Below are positions 38,626 through 50,551 of a stretch of 64,000 nt of DNA, in pieces. A program made the translations under genes and the position numbers. Source of the stretch: Heterodontus francisci (Eukaryota); NCBI RefSeq assembly GCF_036365525.1, contig NC_090403.1, positions 40,797,095 through 40,861,094 of the forward strand. Reading direction: 5' to 3'. The stretch's first letter is position 1. Every line of letters starts with the position of its first letter. A model generated the notes under the pieces. It saw only the letters and a list, made by a program, of their open reading frames with translations. It did not search any database and had not been told where the DNA came from.

Positions 38626-40720
38626 GGGCTGGATTTTCGTGCAAGGACGGGAAATGGAACTTGGGAAAGTTTCCAGGTCACGACCCCTCCCCCGTGGGAA
38701 ACAGAAAAGAGTCATGAGTTTAACAGGGGGGTACCTTCTTGCTGTAAATTTGCACTGTTTTCCTTCCCGGGCACAATGTAAATAATGACATTGTGAGATT
38801 CCTTTGATTGATGGCAAGACAAGAGCTCTGAAGCGGTGAAGGAGTGTAAGAGTTTGCCAGTGGTGACGTCAAAGCCTCTGACCAGATGTGCTTCCTTCAT
38901 TGGCAGTAAGAGTTTAGATGTTCCAAGCTGCATCTTCAATGGACGTGTTAGCACAGACCCCTCAGAGTGAGATCCATATCATGCCCTTCATCCTGGGTCA
39001 GAGGGGATCAGCTGAAAACATTCCTGAATCAAATGATCCCTGGCATTCATGGCATCCTGACGAGACCTTCATAACCTGCACCATGCCCAGTCACCTCCCT
39101 GTGCAGCCAGACCACTGCGGAATTCTTCATTCTGCTCCTCAAACCTCTCTTCCGCCTCCTCTCCTCGGCCGCAAAGTACTCAAGGTGCACACCTCTCTAG
39201 AGGGCCATGTTATGGACAGCACAGCAGATCACCACAATAAACAGGGTCCTTGCAGGAGTGTTCTGCAGGGTGCCACCTGACTGGTCCAGGCACTGGAATC
39301 GCATTTTCAGAAGCTCGATGGCCTGCTCAATGGCTGTCCTAGTGAGCAGGTGGCATTGGTTGTATCGCCTTTGTGCCTTTGTCTGGGGGTCCTGTAGATG
39401 GATGAGTAACCCATCTCTTCAAGGGATATCCCTTAGGATTCAGCTGTGGACTTTGGCAGTGTGGGGTGGGGGGGGGTGTGGAGGGAAAAGATGTAGCAGC
39501 CTGGACTGGTGGAGGATGAAGCAGCCAGGAAAGCTACTACACACATGGAGGAAGCTCTTGTTGTGGTCACAGACCAGCTGAAGACTGAGGGACTGGAAGC
39601 CCTTCATGTTTATAAATCTCACTGGGCGGTCACTGGGTGCCTTGATGGCCACATGGTTGCAATCGATGGTGCCCTGCACCTGGGGGAAGCTAGAGATTGC
39701 AACGAAACCCACTGCCCTCTGTGCCTGCAAGGCTGTGTCTGTTGTGATCTGAATGTACTGTCCATCCCTGGCAAATAGGGCACCTGTGACCTGCGAGATG
39801 CAGTGGTGTGCTGCCATTTGTAAGATTCCAGCAAGGTTCCCAGCTGATCCTTGGAATGGACCAGAAGCGACGAAGTTCAAGGCCACAGTGACTTTGACAG
39901 CTACTGACAGGGCATGGTGACCAGTACTGAGATGTGAGGTCTTCAGAAATGAGGTCATAGATATTTGTAACCACTAGCCTGGAGTCGCTGTCTCCTGTGG
40001 CACGTATTGTCAGACAGAGCTATCTGGAGATGTCTTCGACAGTAGATCCAAGCTGAGGGTGTGGCCTCTGTGTCCTTCCTGCCCCTTGTTCCTCTCCCCT
40101 GCCCTCCTGATGCCCGGGGCACTGTCCTTCCTGCAGAGAGTGTTGCTCTTCATCATCACCGAGCCCAAAATCTGAGAATTGTGTTCCATTGCCAGCTGCT
40201 GCTTTACTTGTGGTCAGGTGGCTTCCCAATTGTGCTTGGTTAACTTGCCGCCTGCTCTTATATCCCTGCAATGCCAGGGGGTGGCGACTCCCTAAACTGC
40301 CCAATCGCTTACTGCTCACACTCCCCACCATCTGCACAGCGTCAAGGGAATCTGTTTGTCAATGGCTGAGATTCCTCTGTGCTGTTTACCCTTTTATGGA
40401 GCCGATGTAATTCACAGGGGTGGACATGACTGGCTCCCCACTGTGTACCCGTCTCCCTTCACCTGGTCAGCCCCAGACAGTGCATACAGCCTGTGCGCCT
40501 CTGCAAAAATCTCAACAGCCCCCATTAATGAGCTCCTCAAATCATCTTAATTAGCTTTAATCAGGGATCAGACAGGATCGTGATCCCACCCTCCCCCAGC
40601 CCTGCTGAACATGGCTGGTACCAGGAATGGAGTCAGGAAACCGGCACGCCAGGCAGCACCAGTCTTCTCGGCCCCATCCATCTTCGATCCTGCACCTGAC
40701 AGGACCTGAAAACACTGCCT
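38626..40720 (-). mobile_element. Harbinger element carrying a HARBI1-like (DDE_Tnp_4) transposase pseudogene
   Basis: ORF 39440-39958 reads ALSVAVKVTVALNFVASGPFQG...FPQVQGTIDCNHVAIKAP...NMKGFQSLSLQLVCDH, and further on IEQAIELLKMRFQCLDQSGGTLQ. The left end is GGGCTGGATTTTC and the right end is GAAAACACTGCCT. It is nested in an older TIR element (about 38290-41398). Confidence 0.9.
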
Positions 40721-40829
40721 TCTATATTTGACATTTTTAGAATCTCTAACAATTTGCTATATACAAGAATGCGATTGAGCAGTTTAACATGTTCCCTTTC
40801 TGAGCATTGAATTGACAATTATCATGCTG

Positions 40830-41110
40830 TTAATAGCGTAAATGGCTGGAGAAAAGAGGAAATGAGTGCATCACATCAAAGAGAGAAAGACACAGTACTT
40901 CGGTGGCATCATTAGAGCAGAAGGTAGAGACAATTATTGGAAGGAAAGATCGACAGAAAATGTGGGAGAGGGAAGCAAAGAAAATGGATGACAGATAAAA
41001 TGGACTGGATGCAGTTGATCTATGCAGAATATGTAAGGACAGCACAGGACAGAGAGAGGTGGAGATCCATGGCACAGTCAACATTCTGGGAAGAAGATGA
41101 CATCAACAAA
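40830..41110 (+). mobile_element. Old RTE/BovB-type LINE 3' fragment
   Basis: Peptide LEGKIDRKCGRGKQRKWMTD...AQDRERWRSM resembles the RTE-BovB ORF C-terminus. Confidence 0.7.
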
Positions 41111-41479
41111 CAAATAAAGAGGGTGTTTATGCTCTTACTCTACATTCCAAACTTTCTGCGGCATGTTTAGGAGCCATTAATGTGCAAATCCAATAAATTC
41201 TTAAAATTATCAGGGAGGCTCAGCATAAGATACCATTTGGGCAAAGCAAACAGGAGAGTGGCGTAAGTTGACCAGTAGGTTTTAGAGATTCATATCTAAG
41301 GGTCTGTCACTTAATTCCCTTGACATGGTGGCTGATTTGCACATTAATTGCTGTGCATTGTTAACATGCCATTATTTTTTTCCAGCGGGACCCGGCCCAT
41401 TAGTTAATCTGGTAAGGTAATGCACAGGAGAAATTCAACTCCATATTGTACAAATAATTATTAACAAACCTCACAGGAC

Positions 41480-42055
41480 TAACCTTCTGGCTAACCTGGA
41501 GTTAATTAAATTGTGCTCACAGAACAGTTTTTGGGAAGAGACGGCAACTGAACTTCAAGGAGGAAGGTCTCCCTCTCTCTGTCTCTCTCTCCCTCTCTCA
41601 CGCAAAGTTCGAGGGACCCACAGAAGTAACTTAAGCCTTAAGACAGAAGACCAGTGAAACAAGTTTGAAAGTGTGCACCAGGCCCCAACGAGAACTGCAA
41701 GAGTTAGCTTCAAAGACTTTACATCCATCCCAAAACCAGTAACTGAACTCCATCTATTACTTCAAACCTTTCCCCTTTAATTCTTTCTCCTCCTCTGTCT
41801 CTTTTTGTGTGTGTGTTTATTGCATATGCATGCTAGTGTGGTCACGTTGTGTATTTTTAGTAGTTTTAACTGAGTTAGAGTTTTAAGGTTAATAAACTTA
41901 CACCTTTCTTGTTTAAATCTGAGAAAACCTGTCTGGTTAATTTCTTTGCAATTACTGAGGGGAAGCTAAAAACACTAAGTTTTAAAAGTTAAACCCTCTT
42001 ACAACCAAACCAAGAAAAGGCTGAGAGGGGAGCCCTTCCTCACCTGGTCATAACA
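41480..42055 (+). mobile_element. 5'-truncated LTR related to the LTR at 54197-55995
   Basis: Shares the 3' end CTCACCTGGTCATAACA and the internal blocks GCATGCTAG, TTAATAAA, CTGAGAAAAC and TTAAACCCT. The left boundary is uncertain. Confidence 0.7.
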
Positions 42056-42408
42056 GCTGTTTCTCTGAGGTTTCTACAGATTCTTCCATCGATGAATGGT
42101 GAGGAGAACCCCCACAGAAATTCAACTCTGCATTGTGTAACTGGCTTTTCTCGCTCTTTTTGATCATAAGTCACACTTCAGTTTGACTCATTTGGTCGCA
42201 TGCTCAGCTTTAACTCAGAAGGTTGTGGGTTAAGTCCCACTAAAGGAGTTGAGCACATAAGCTAGGCTGACACTCCAATGTAGTGCTGATGGAGAGACAG
42301 AGACAAAGATAGAGAGAGGGGGAGACAGCAAGAGAAAAAGGCAGAGATGGAGACACCCAGAGACAGAAAGAAAAGAGTGACAGTCAGAGAGAGAAGTATA
42401 GAGACACA

Positions 42409-43149
42409 GGCCTTGATTTTTACAGGAGGGTGGGAGGCAAGGAAGGGCGGAGCCTGGGAGTGGGCAACAAACCCAGCAAGATTGGGGCATGGAGGCACTG
42501 CCGATTTTGGTGAGAGGACCTTATTTGAATAATTGTGGAGTCCCACCAGACACCTGGCCAGATTGACTTGGTGAGCAGGAGTCAGAGCATGGTCGAAATT
42601 GGGGTCCCACGGAAATGGTGCCTGTCACTCAGTGGCTGGATGGGATTCCCTCGCATCACCGTGGAAGGCGGCAATCAAGCCAGAAATGAGGAAGGCCGGG
42701 ATTACTGTGGCTGGAGATTCCCCAAAAATCATGGGGATTCCAGGGCTGTGAAGACCGAATGACTCCTTGAGAGGCCTGGGGGAACACTCCTGCCTCTCCT
42801 GGCCAACAAGGAGCTCAAAGACAGGCAAAGGTTTAAACTTGCCTGGGTTCTTTTCAGGCCAGATGGCTCCTCCCACTTTTGTTCTGCTGCTGAGTGACAG
42901 ATAGTGCAAGACTCCCTCTGCATGGGCCTTAAAATTACATTGTAGTGCTGATGGCATCATCGGGCCATGACTTTTGAATCTCCCCTGCCTGATTTTAGCA
43001 GGAGCCTTGCTCAGGCCTAAATCGGCATTGTTAATATCATGGAGGATGGGATCACAGCAGCTTGCAGCCGGGGATCTCAATTTTTAGGACTTTAACCCTT
43101 TGATCGACTCTTGCCTGCCTATTGGGACGGGGCGCTTAAAATCCAGGCC
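42409..43149. mobile_element. Harbinger-type MITE
   Basis: TIRs GGCCTTGATTTT / AAAATCCAGGCC with a perfect TSD ACA. Confidence 0.85.
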
Positions 43150-44544
43150 ACAGATTTAGACTTTGACCTCTCATATTATTCATGTTCTAAACCACAAATA
43201 AATTACAGATTAGCTAACTTTGCCTAGAAGGTAAACATATCACTTTGTAAAGCCATTCTGGATAGGTTACAGGCTCAAGTCCTGTTAATGATAATACTTT
43301 TTGACAACATTCATTTAATGCAACACTTGAATTTCCTGTAATACAAATTTCATCCAGTCATAATTCATTATCAATCATATATTGATGGTTCCTAACCATT
43401 CCATGCCATATTTTCAAAACTAGCAATAATATGGATGTAGCCTCTGGCTGACTGCACAGGGAACAAGATTGCCAAATATTTGGGGAGTGTAACGAGAATG
43501 AAAGATTGCCCGCCTGAGCCACAGGACAAGCAGATTGATGCCCCGTTTAACATTTTAGCTGAAGAATGACACCTCCGATCCTGCAGTGGTCACTTAGATT
43601 TGTAGCTGGGCTTTCAGCCTAAACTGCGTGTGTAATTTCAGGAGTTGGACTTGAACTCACAGCCTTCTAACTGAGGTGAGGATGCTTCCAACAAAGGAAG
43701 ACATGAAACTACGCTTTTAAAGATATTCGTTAAAACCACTGTGGTAGGACTGTGGTGGTGGAAAGCCTGGAAAACAGGCTGGGTCCCAGCCTATATTGTC
43801 AGTACCTGCAAGGCATTGTAAGGGGACGAACCTCCATCCACATCTTTCTAGAGCATCTGCATCAGAGAGAGCAAGGTCAAGGCATAAACCCCCTACAACG
43901 GGAGTGCCTACAGCTTGTTGTCTCGGAGACCCTGGTGTAACTTCAGAGGCTGGTGTGTCAGGAAGCAAGAGGCATAGCAGCCTAAGTCAGGAGCATCTTG
44001 GGGGTGTCAAGGTCTGGGAAGCAGCCAAAATCCAAAGACAATAGGCAAGTTTGATAACGTGAAATTTAAAAGCCCCCCTCCCACAATACCCCACAAGGGA
44101 ATATGGGGATCCCACCATATTTTTCTGGGCAGACAGGGGCCCAACAGCTCCTCTGGTCTGGCACCAAGACTATATTTTGTGGCATCCCAGGTTGGTCGCT
44201 GTCCAGGATGTGCCTCTTATGTTAATTAGTTATTCTTTCCCAGACCTGCAAACTCCAGTGAACTCAGTGAGAAAAGGGTACTGCCAGGCTTAATACTGGC
44301 ATAAGTGTTAGGATTGCAAGTCTGCACATTTAGGGGCCAAGATCTCTTCAGAGGAAATGACACTACAGATAATGGGACCAAAAATACTTGCTGGATGAAT
44401 TGCAAACAGCATCAAGATGAAAGATCTGTTTTTGATATTGCTGCCACAGGGAGACATATTGTCGGGGACATTTGTCTGCTGATCTTCAAATAATGCCATT
44501 GGATCTTCAACTTAACAAAACAGAGACTTGATTTAACATCGCAT

Positions 44545-46780
44545 CTCAAGGAATTTGCCTCAGTTTCAGCTCCATTGCAGCAAAACAGAAGCCACCCAAC
44601 ATCTGAGGTATGCAGAGGCAGCTCCGACTGAGGTCATGAAATCTCAGCTTCCTGCCATGCAGGCTCAGACCGCAGCTATCATGGCTGTGGATAGCAGTGC
44701 TCAAAGAGGCTTTGAGGACCTCACAGCTGCCCAGCAATCTATCCTCCAACAGATTACTAAGATTGCTGAGGTGTCTCCCCGGGGCAGTGTCAGTGGTTCC
44801 ATAGAGCAAGAACCTGCTCTCCTCTCTCAGGGCGACAGCATTCATTCTCCCATACCTCTCACTCCACCAATGCCCTTGCCATTGCCCGTCACCCAGTCAG
44901 CCCAGACTGCTGCCGCCCAGCCTGAATTGATGCAGTCTGAAGCCGAGCCTTCTAGGGCTCAAGAGCAACCTGCAAGTCCATCTGCGTCTCCCCTACTGAA
45001 AGCCAGCAGCTTTTAAACCAGCTATGCTGCGACTGGGATAGTACTGCATAGGAGCACAAGGACAGTCAAAGGCACCCGCAAGACAGGCACTATGGAAATA
45101 TACAAGTGTGATTAGTTGCCTTTTGGATGGAATATTGGATGGTTTGTTTGATAAAGTTAGTTTGGAATGGTTGTTTTTGGTGGCTTTTATTTCAGCATTG
45201 CAGCCAAGAGGAAGCTGTGATAGTCAGTGACAGAGGGAAGGTAAGCTTTGTGTGACTGGTATACAGTGGAGATTTGGGTTGCGTTCAGTGCAACCATAAT
45301 CACGGACTAACCAACTGGAAAGAGAATGTGTTGGTTGCCTTCTTTCTTCCTCCTGTTCCTCCTCCTGCTCCTTAGCTGTTTATAGCGAGGCCGGTGCCCT
45401 GATGATGCCCTGTAGTCAGAGAGAAGACATTGAACTTCTCTCTCTTGGTACAAACAGCGCCATTTACCTCCCTGATGCAGCAGTGGATGGCAAACTGGCA
45501 GAGGTTATAGATTTTGCCTGCTGCAGCCTGGAAGGATCCCAATACGAAGAAAGTCAGGGCCACAGTCACTTTCACAGCCACTAGCAGCACTGCTCTTGCC
45601 CTGCAAGGGGTGGCAGATTTCCGTGAGCAGCTCCTTCATAAGACGGAGTCAACACTCAGAGTGCTCTTGGCTGAGGTTGAGGTTACAAAAATGCTCCCAG
45701 AGGAGCCTGGTTGGGTAAGTCCTCCTGCAGAGAGCCCTTCTCCCCATTCTCCTCCTTCTCCGTCTGTGAGCAGCTTGTCCTCTTCTGCTTACGTTAACTC
45801 TGCTTCTCTTTCCACAGATGCTGCCAGACCTGCTGAGTGATTCCAGCATTTCTTGTTTTTGTTTGTCCTCTTCTGTGCTGCCTCTACTCCAAGTCCCTTT
45901 CATGCTGTATGCCAAGGGGGATGGTTACTACAGAACCAATGACAGGGAGCAAGTGATCTGACCAGAATCTTTGAAGTCAAAACAAGGGCCTTCTCCCTAT
46001 GCAGTACCAGTCCCTGTCGACTTCACCAACTTTAACCAACTCCCAAACCACCAAGCACTTCTACAAACTCAGACAGCCAGTAGAAATTAATTAGTAACTA
46101 ACCTGAGATTGGATGATGATCCCTGTCGGGGTCGGTGGAGGTGGGGGAGGGGTGTCCTTTCTGCTACTGAACATATGATCAGCTGTGCACGTTTAAAGAG
46201 GGTGTTAGCTGGAGCGGCAAGGCTTCAAATGGCAGCATCGGTGTCAAATCAGTCTCACACACTGACTGACATCGCAAACTGCCTACTAGAGTCATAGAAT
46301 GGTTACAGCACAGCAGGAGGCCATTTGGCCCATCGTGTCTGTGCCGGCTCTCTTCAAAGGCAACTCAGCTAGTCCCGTTCCCCACCCTTTTCCCATAGCC
46401 CTGCAAATTTTCTCTCCTGAGGTGCTTATTCAACTTGCTTTTCAAAGCCACGATTGAATCTGCCTCCACCACACTCTCAGGCAGTGTATTCCAGATCCTA
46501 ACCACTCGCTGTGTAAAAAAAGTTATTCTTCATGTTGCCATTGCTTGTTTTGCCAATCACTGTAAATCAGTGTCCTCTGGTTCTCAGCCCTTCTGCCAAT
46601 GGGAACTCTGCCTGCTTCCGACATACACTCCTAATGCCCGCGCTACCGACCTCCCCAAAATAGCGTCTGGGGCAGCCGTGCCAGAAGTGTGCAGGCGCAG
46701 CATGGACACCATTTTGGAATCAAAATGGCACACATAGCACCAAAACTACGGGTGCTATGGAGCCAAATTTTGTGGCCTAT
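44545..46780. mobile_element. Fragmented two-gene Harbinger: Myb-gene C-terminal part on +, transposase fragments on -, interrupted by PLE and CR1 pieces
   Basis: The - strand gives LLVAVKVTVALTFFVLGSFQAAAG...CCIREV and RRTYPTRLLWEHFCNLNLSQEH. The + strand has an A/Q-rich ORF at 44555-45016. Confidence 0.75.
46289..46608 (-). mobile_element. CR1 3' fragment
   Basis: The minus strand reads FFTQRVVRIWNTLPESVVEADSIVALK, followed by the CR1 tail. Confidence 0.8.
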
Positions 46781-46874
46781 GTCTCTTTCATATTCCATTG
46801 CAACAAGAGCGAAGAGCAAGGAAGGAATGTTTCTTCCTTGCTGTTGAGAATTCGTGACATCCATCCCTGATCTT

Positions 46875-47655
46875 AGAGTCAAACCCATTTACGGAACAGA
46901 AGGAGGCCATTCAGCCCATCAAGTCCAAGCCGGTTCTCCAGAGAGCTATGCTGTCAGTTCTACTCCGCAGCTCGATCCCTGTAGCCCTGCAAGTCTATTT
47001 CTCTCAGGTGGCCATCCAATTCTTGAAGTCATTGATAGTCTTCGATTCCACCACCCCTGTGGGCAGCGAGTTTCAATCATTACCACCTGCTGCATAAAAA
47101 AGTGCTTCCTCAAATTCCCCCTGCATCTTTTGCCCAAAACTTGCAATCTGTCTCCCGAAGTCCTTGCACCATTTGTTAATGGGAACAACTTTTCCTTGTC
47201 TAACTTATCTAAGCCTGTCATAATCTTGCGCACCTCTATCAAATCTCCCCTCAATCTCTTTTTTTTAAAAAAGGAGAACAAACCCAGCTTTTCCAACCTA
47301 ACCTTATAACTAAAATTCTCCATCCCTGGAACCATTCTGGTAAGTCTCCTCTACACCCTCTCAAGGACCTTCACATCCTTCCTGAAGTGTGGTGACCAAA
47401 ACTGGATGCAATACTCCAGTTGGGGCCTAACCAGAGCTTTAAAAAGGTTCAGCATAACTTCCCTGCTTTTGTACTCAATGCCTCTGTTTATGAATCCCAA
47501 GATCCCATATGCTTTACTAACCATTCTCTCAATACATCCTGCCACTTTCAAAGATTGATACACATGCACCCACACCCCCAGGCCCTTCTGTTCCTGCACA
47601 CTCTTTTGAACTGTACCATTAAGCATATATTGCCTCTGCCTATTCCTTGTCCTCC
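46875..47655 (-). mobile_element. CR1 LINE 3' fragment
   Basis: Peptides KAYGILGFINRGIEYKSREVMLNLFKALVRPQLEYCIQFWSP and RLRGDLIEV. Confidence 0.9.
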
Positions 47656-48122
47656 TCGTAAATCTCTCTCAGAGACTAGCTGTATGACATGCGTAGAAGT
47701 GTCACATGAATTGAGCTAGGAGGGACAGTGGGTGGAGTCACTTCTGAGTTTGCAGTTGAACCACACTGATGGAGAGAATGCTTGACTGGTTGAAAATAGA
47801 AAAACATTTTCCATTTTCCAGCCCCGTCAAATCTCATAAAGAGAATACAAAACAGATCGTAAAAAAGTGTTTTCTTTATTGCCCTATCACAAGAGTTGCA
47901 AAACACACATACACCACAATGAAGTAGAAAATGGCCCATAAAAACCATTTGCTATATCAAATTTAATAAATGGATTTTAGTCCTTTTACCTGGAAGAATA
48001 CAGTTAGTTTTCAAGGATAATTTACAGATGCTGATTACAGATAAATGAGCAGAGTGGAATATTCAGCTTCTTCCAGCTGAGGACAAATAGTTGGATTCTG
48101 AGATTTCAAACTAAGATTTACA

Positions 48123-49775
48123 GAGTCATAGAGTTATACAGCACAGAAACAGGCCCGTCGGCCCACTATGTCCATGTCAGCCATCAAGCACCTATCTAAT
48201 CTCATCCCATTTTCCAGCACTTGGCCCGTAGCCTTGTATGCTATGGCATTTCAAGTGCTCATCTAAATACTTCTTAAATGTTGTGAGGGTTCCTGCCTCT
48301 ACCACCCCTTCAGGCAGTGTGTTCCAGATTCCAACCACCCTCTGGGTGAAATTTTTTTTCCTCTAATCCCCTCTAAACCTCTTGCCCCCTACCTTAAATC
48401 TATACTCCATGGTTGCTGACACCTCCGCTAAGGGAAAAAATTTCTTCCTATCTACCCCCCTCATAATTTTGTATACCTCAATCAGGTCCCCCCTTAGTCT
48501 TCTCTGCTCTAAGGAAAGCAACTCTAGCCTATCAAGTCTCTCTTCATTGTTGAAATGCACCAGCCCAGGCAACATTCTGGTGAATCTCCTCTGCATCCTC
48601 TCCAGTGCAATCACATCCTTCCCATAATGCGGTGACCAGAACTGTACACAGTTCTCCACCTGTGGCCAAACTAGTGTTTTCTACAGCTCCATCATGACCT
48701 CCCTGCTCTTATATTCTATGCCTCAGTTAATAAAGTCAAGTATCCCATATGCCTTCCCAATCACCTTATCTACCTTTGCTGCTGCCTTCAGTTATCTATG
48801 GACAAGTACACCAAGGTCCCTCTGACCCTCTGTATTTCCTAGGGTCCTACCATCCATTGTATATTCCCTTGCCTTGTTTGTCCTCCCAAAATGCATCAAC
48901 TCACACTTCTCAGGATTAAATTCCATTTGCCACTGCTCTGCCCATCTTACCAGCCCATCTATATTGTCCTGCAATCTAAGGCTTTCCTCCTCGCTATTTA
49001 CAACACCACCAATTTTCGTGTCATCTGCAAACTTACTGATCATATCTCCTATATTCACGTCTAAATCATTAATGTACACTACAACCAACAAAGGTCCCAG
49101 CACCAATTCCTGTGGTACACAGGCTTCCAATCGCAAAATCAACCCTTTACCATCACCCTCTGCCTCCTGCCACTAAGCCAATTCTGGATCCAATTTGCCA
49201 AATTGCCCTGGATCCCATGGGCCCTTAACTTCTTGACCAATCACCCATGCAGGACCTTATCAAAAGCCTTACTGAAGTCCATGTAGATTACATCAACTAC
49301 TTTACCCTCATTTATGCACCTAGTCACCTCCTCGAAAAATTCAATCAAATTTGTTAGACATGATCTCCCCCTGACAAAGCCATGCTGACTATCCTTACCA
49401 CTGATGTTAGACTCACTGGCCTGTAATTACCTGGTTTATCCCTACTACCCTTCATGAATAATGGTACAACATTCACTGTCCTCCGCTCCTCTGGCACCTC
49501 TGCTATGGCCAGAGAGGATTTGAAAATTTGTGTAAGATCCCCTGCAATTTCCTCCCTTGCCTCACATAGCAGCCTGGGATACATCTCATCTGGGCCTGGG
49601 GATTTATCCACTTTTAAGCCCGCTAAAACCTCTAATACCTTCTCCCTTTCAAAGCTAATTTGTTCAAGTATATCACAAACCCCCTCCCTGATCACTACAC
49701 CTACGTCGTCCTTCTCCAAAGTAAAAACAGATGAAAAGTAATCATTTAAGATTTGAACCTACGTTCCCACTTCCT
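48123..49775 (-). mobile_element. CR1 LINE (RT region, internally deleted)
   Basis: Peptides KSPGPDEMYPRLL, PGNYRPVSLTSVV, YINDLD...KFADDTK and RRLRGDLIEVYKI. Confidence 0.93.
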
Positions 49776-49894
49776 GACACTCAGAATCCATTCAAATCAT
49801 GAATAAAATTCCTTTCAGGGCAAACATGGAAAATTCCTGTTGAATCACTGTGAAAATTAGGCCGATATCACTGTGGGCTGGCAGAGACTTACAA

Positions 49895-50551
49895 GGGCAG
49901 GATCTTCAGAGGCGACTGGCGATGGGAAGGAGGCACACGGACACATAATTTCACGCCGCTGACCAATGTGCCAGTTTTCCGGCAAAGTCACACCCCCACC
50001 CCCACCCCCACCCCCAAGACATTTTTGGGAAGGTTGGATCAGGCACCGAATGGCTACCCACTCGCATGTGGCGCATAGCTTGCTAAGTTAATTAATAGTC
50101 CAATTAAGGTCACTGATTTGAGGCTGAAAGGAATTTGCCCACTAGACTGTGGGCCCCCCCTCCCTTCTTGGCGAGGCATCAGACTGGGCGCCAGCACTCA
50201 AAGATGTCTTTGAGGCCATGCCCACACCTACCTGGCCATAGCTGCAGTCACAGACTGCCCTGTGGAGGGGTCTCCACCTCTACGATGGTGGGTCTGGCAG
50301 CTATGGCCATTTTTATTTTCAAATGTTTTAAAACTGCTGAGCGGATGCCTTGCGGCTCCTTCAGTTCTGGAAGGCCTCCTATTGGCCCTCCAGCTTTGAC
50401 AGTCTGACTGTTGCCCTTAATTGTATCGTGAGCCTGCCCTCTGGCCATTAATTAGCCAATTCAGCAACAATCATCGTCGGGTTGCTGCTCTTGATATGGT
50501 GCAGGTTCGGGACCCGCATTTAATGCCAACCCAAAGTGGAAAATCCTGCCC
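49895..50551. mobile_element. Harbinger-type MITE
   Basis: TIRs GGGCAGGATCTTC / GAAAATCCTGCCC (12/13 match) with a perfect TSD CAA. Confidence 0.85.

Noticed and set aside
41429-42128. 13-bp direct repeat AGAAATTCAACTC flanking the LTR fragment as a possible TSD
   Set aside because: It does not abut the LTR end at 42055 and resembles degenerate Harbinger-type TIR ends.
43750-44045. TTGVPTACCLG resembling an RT GVPQG motif
   Set aside because: It is a single weak motif with no other RT motifs nearby.
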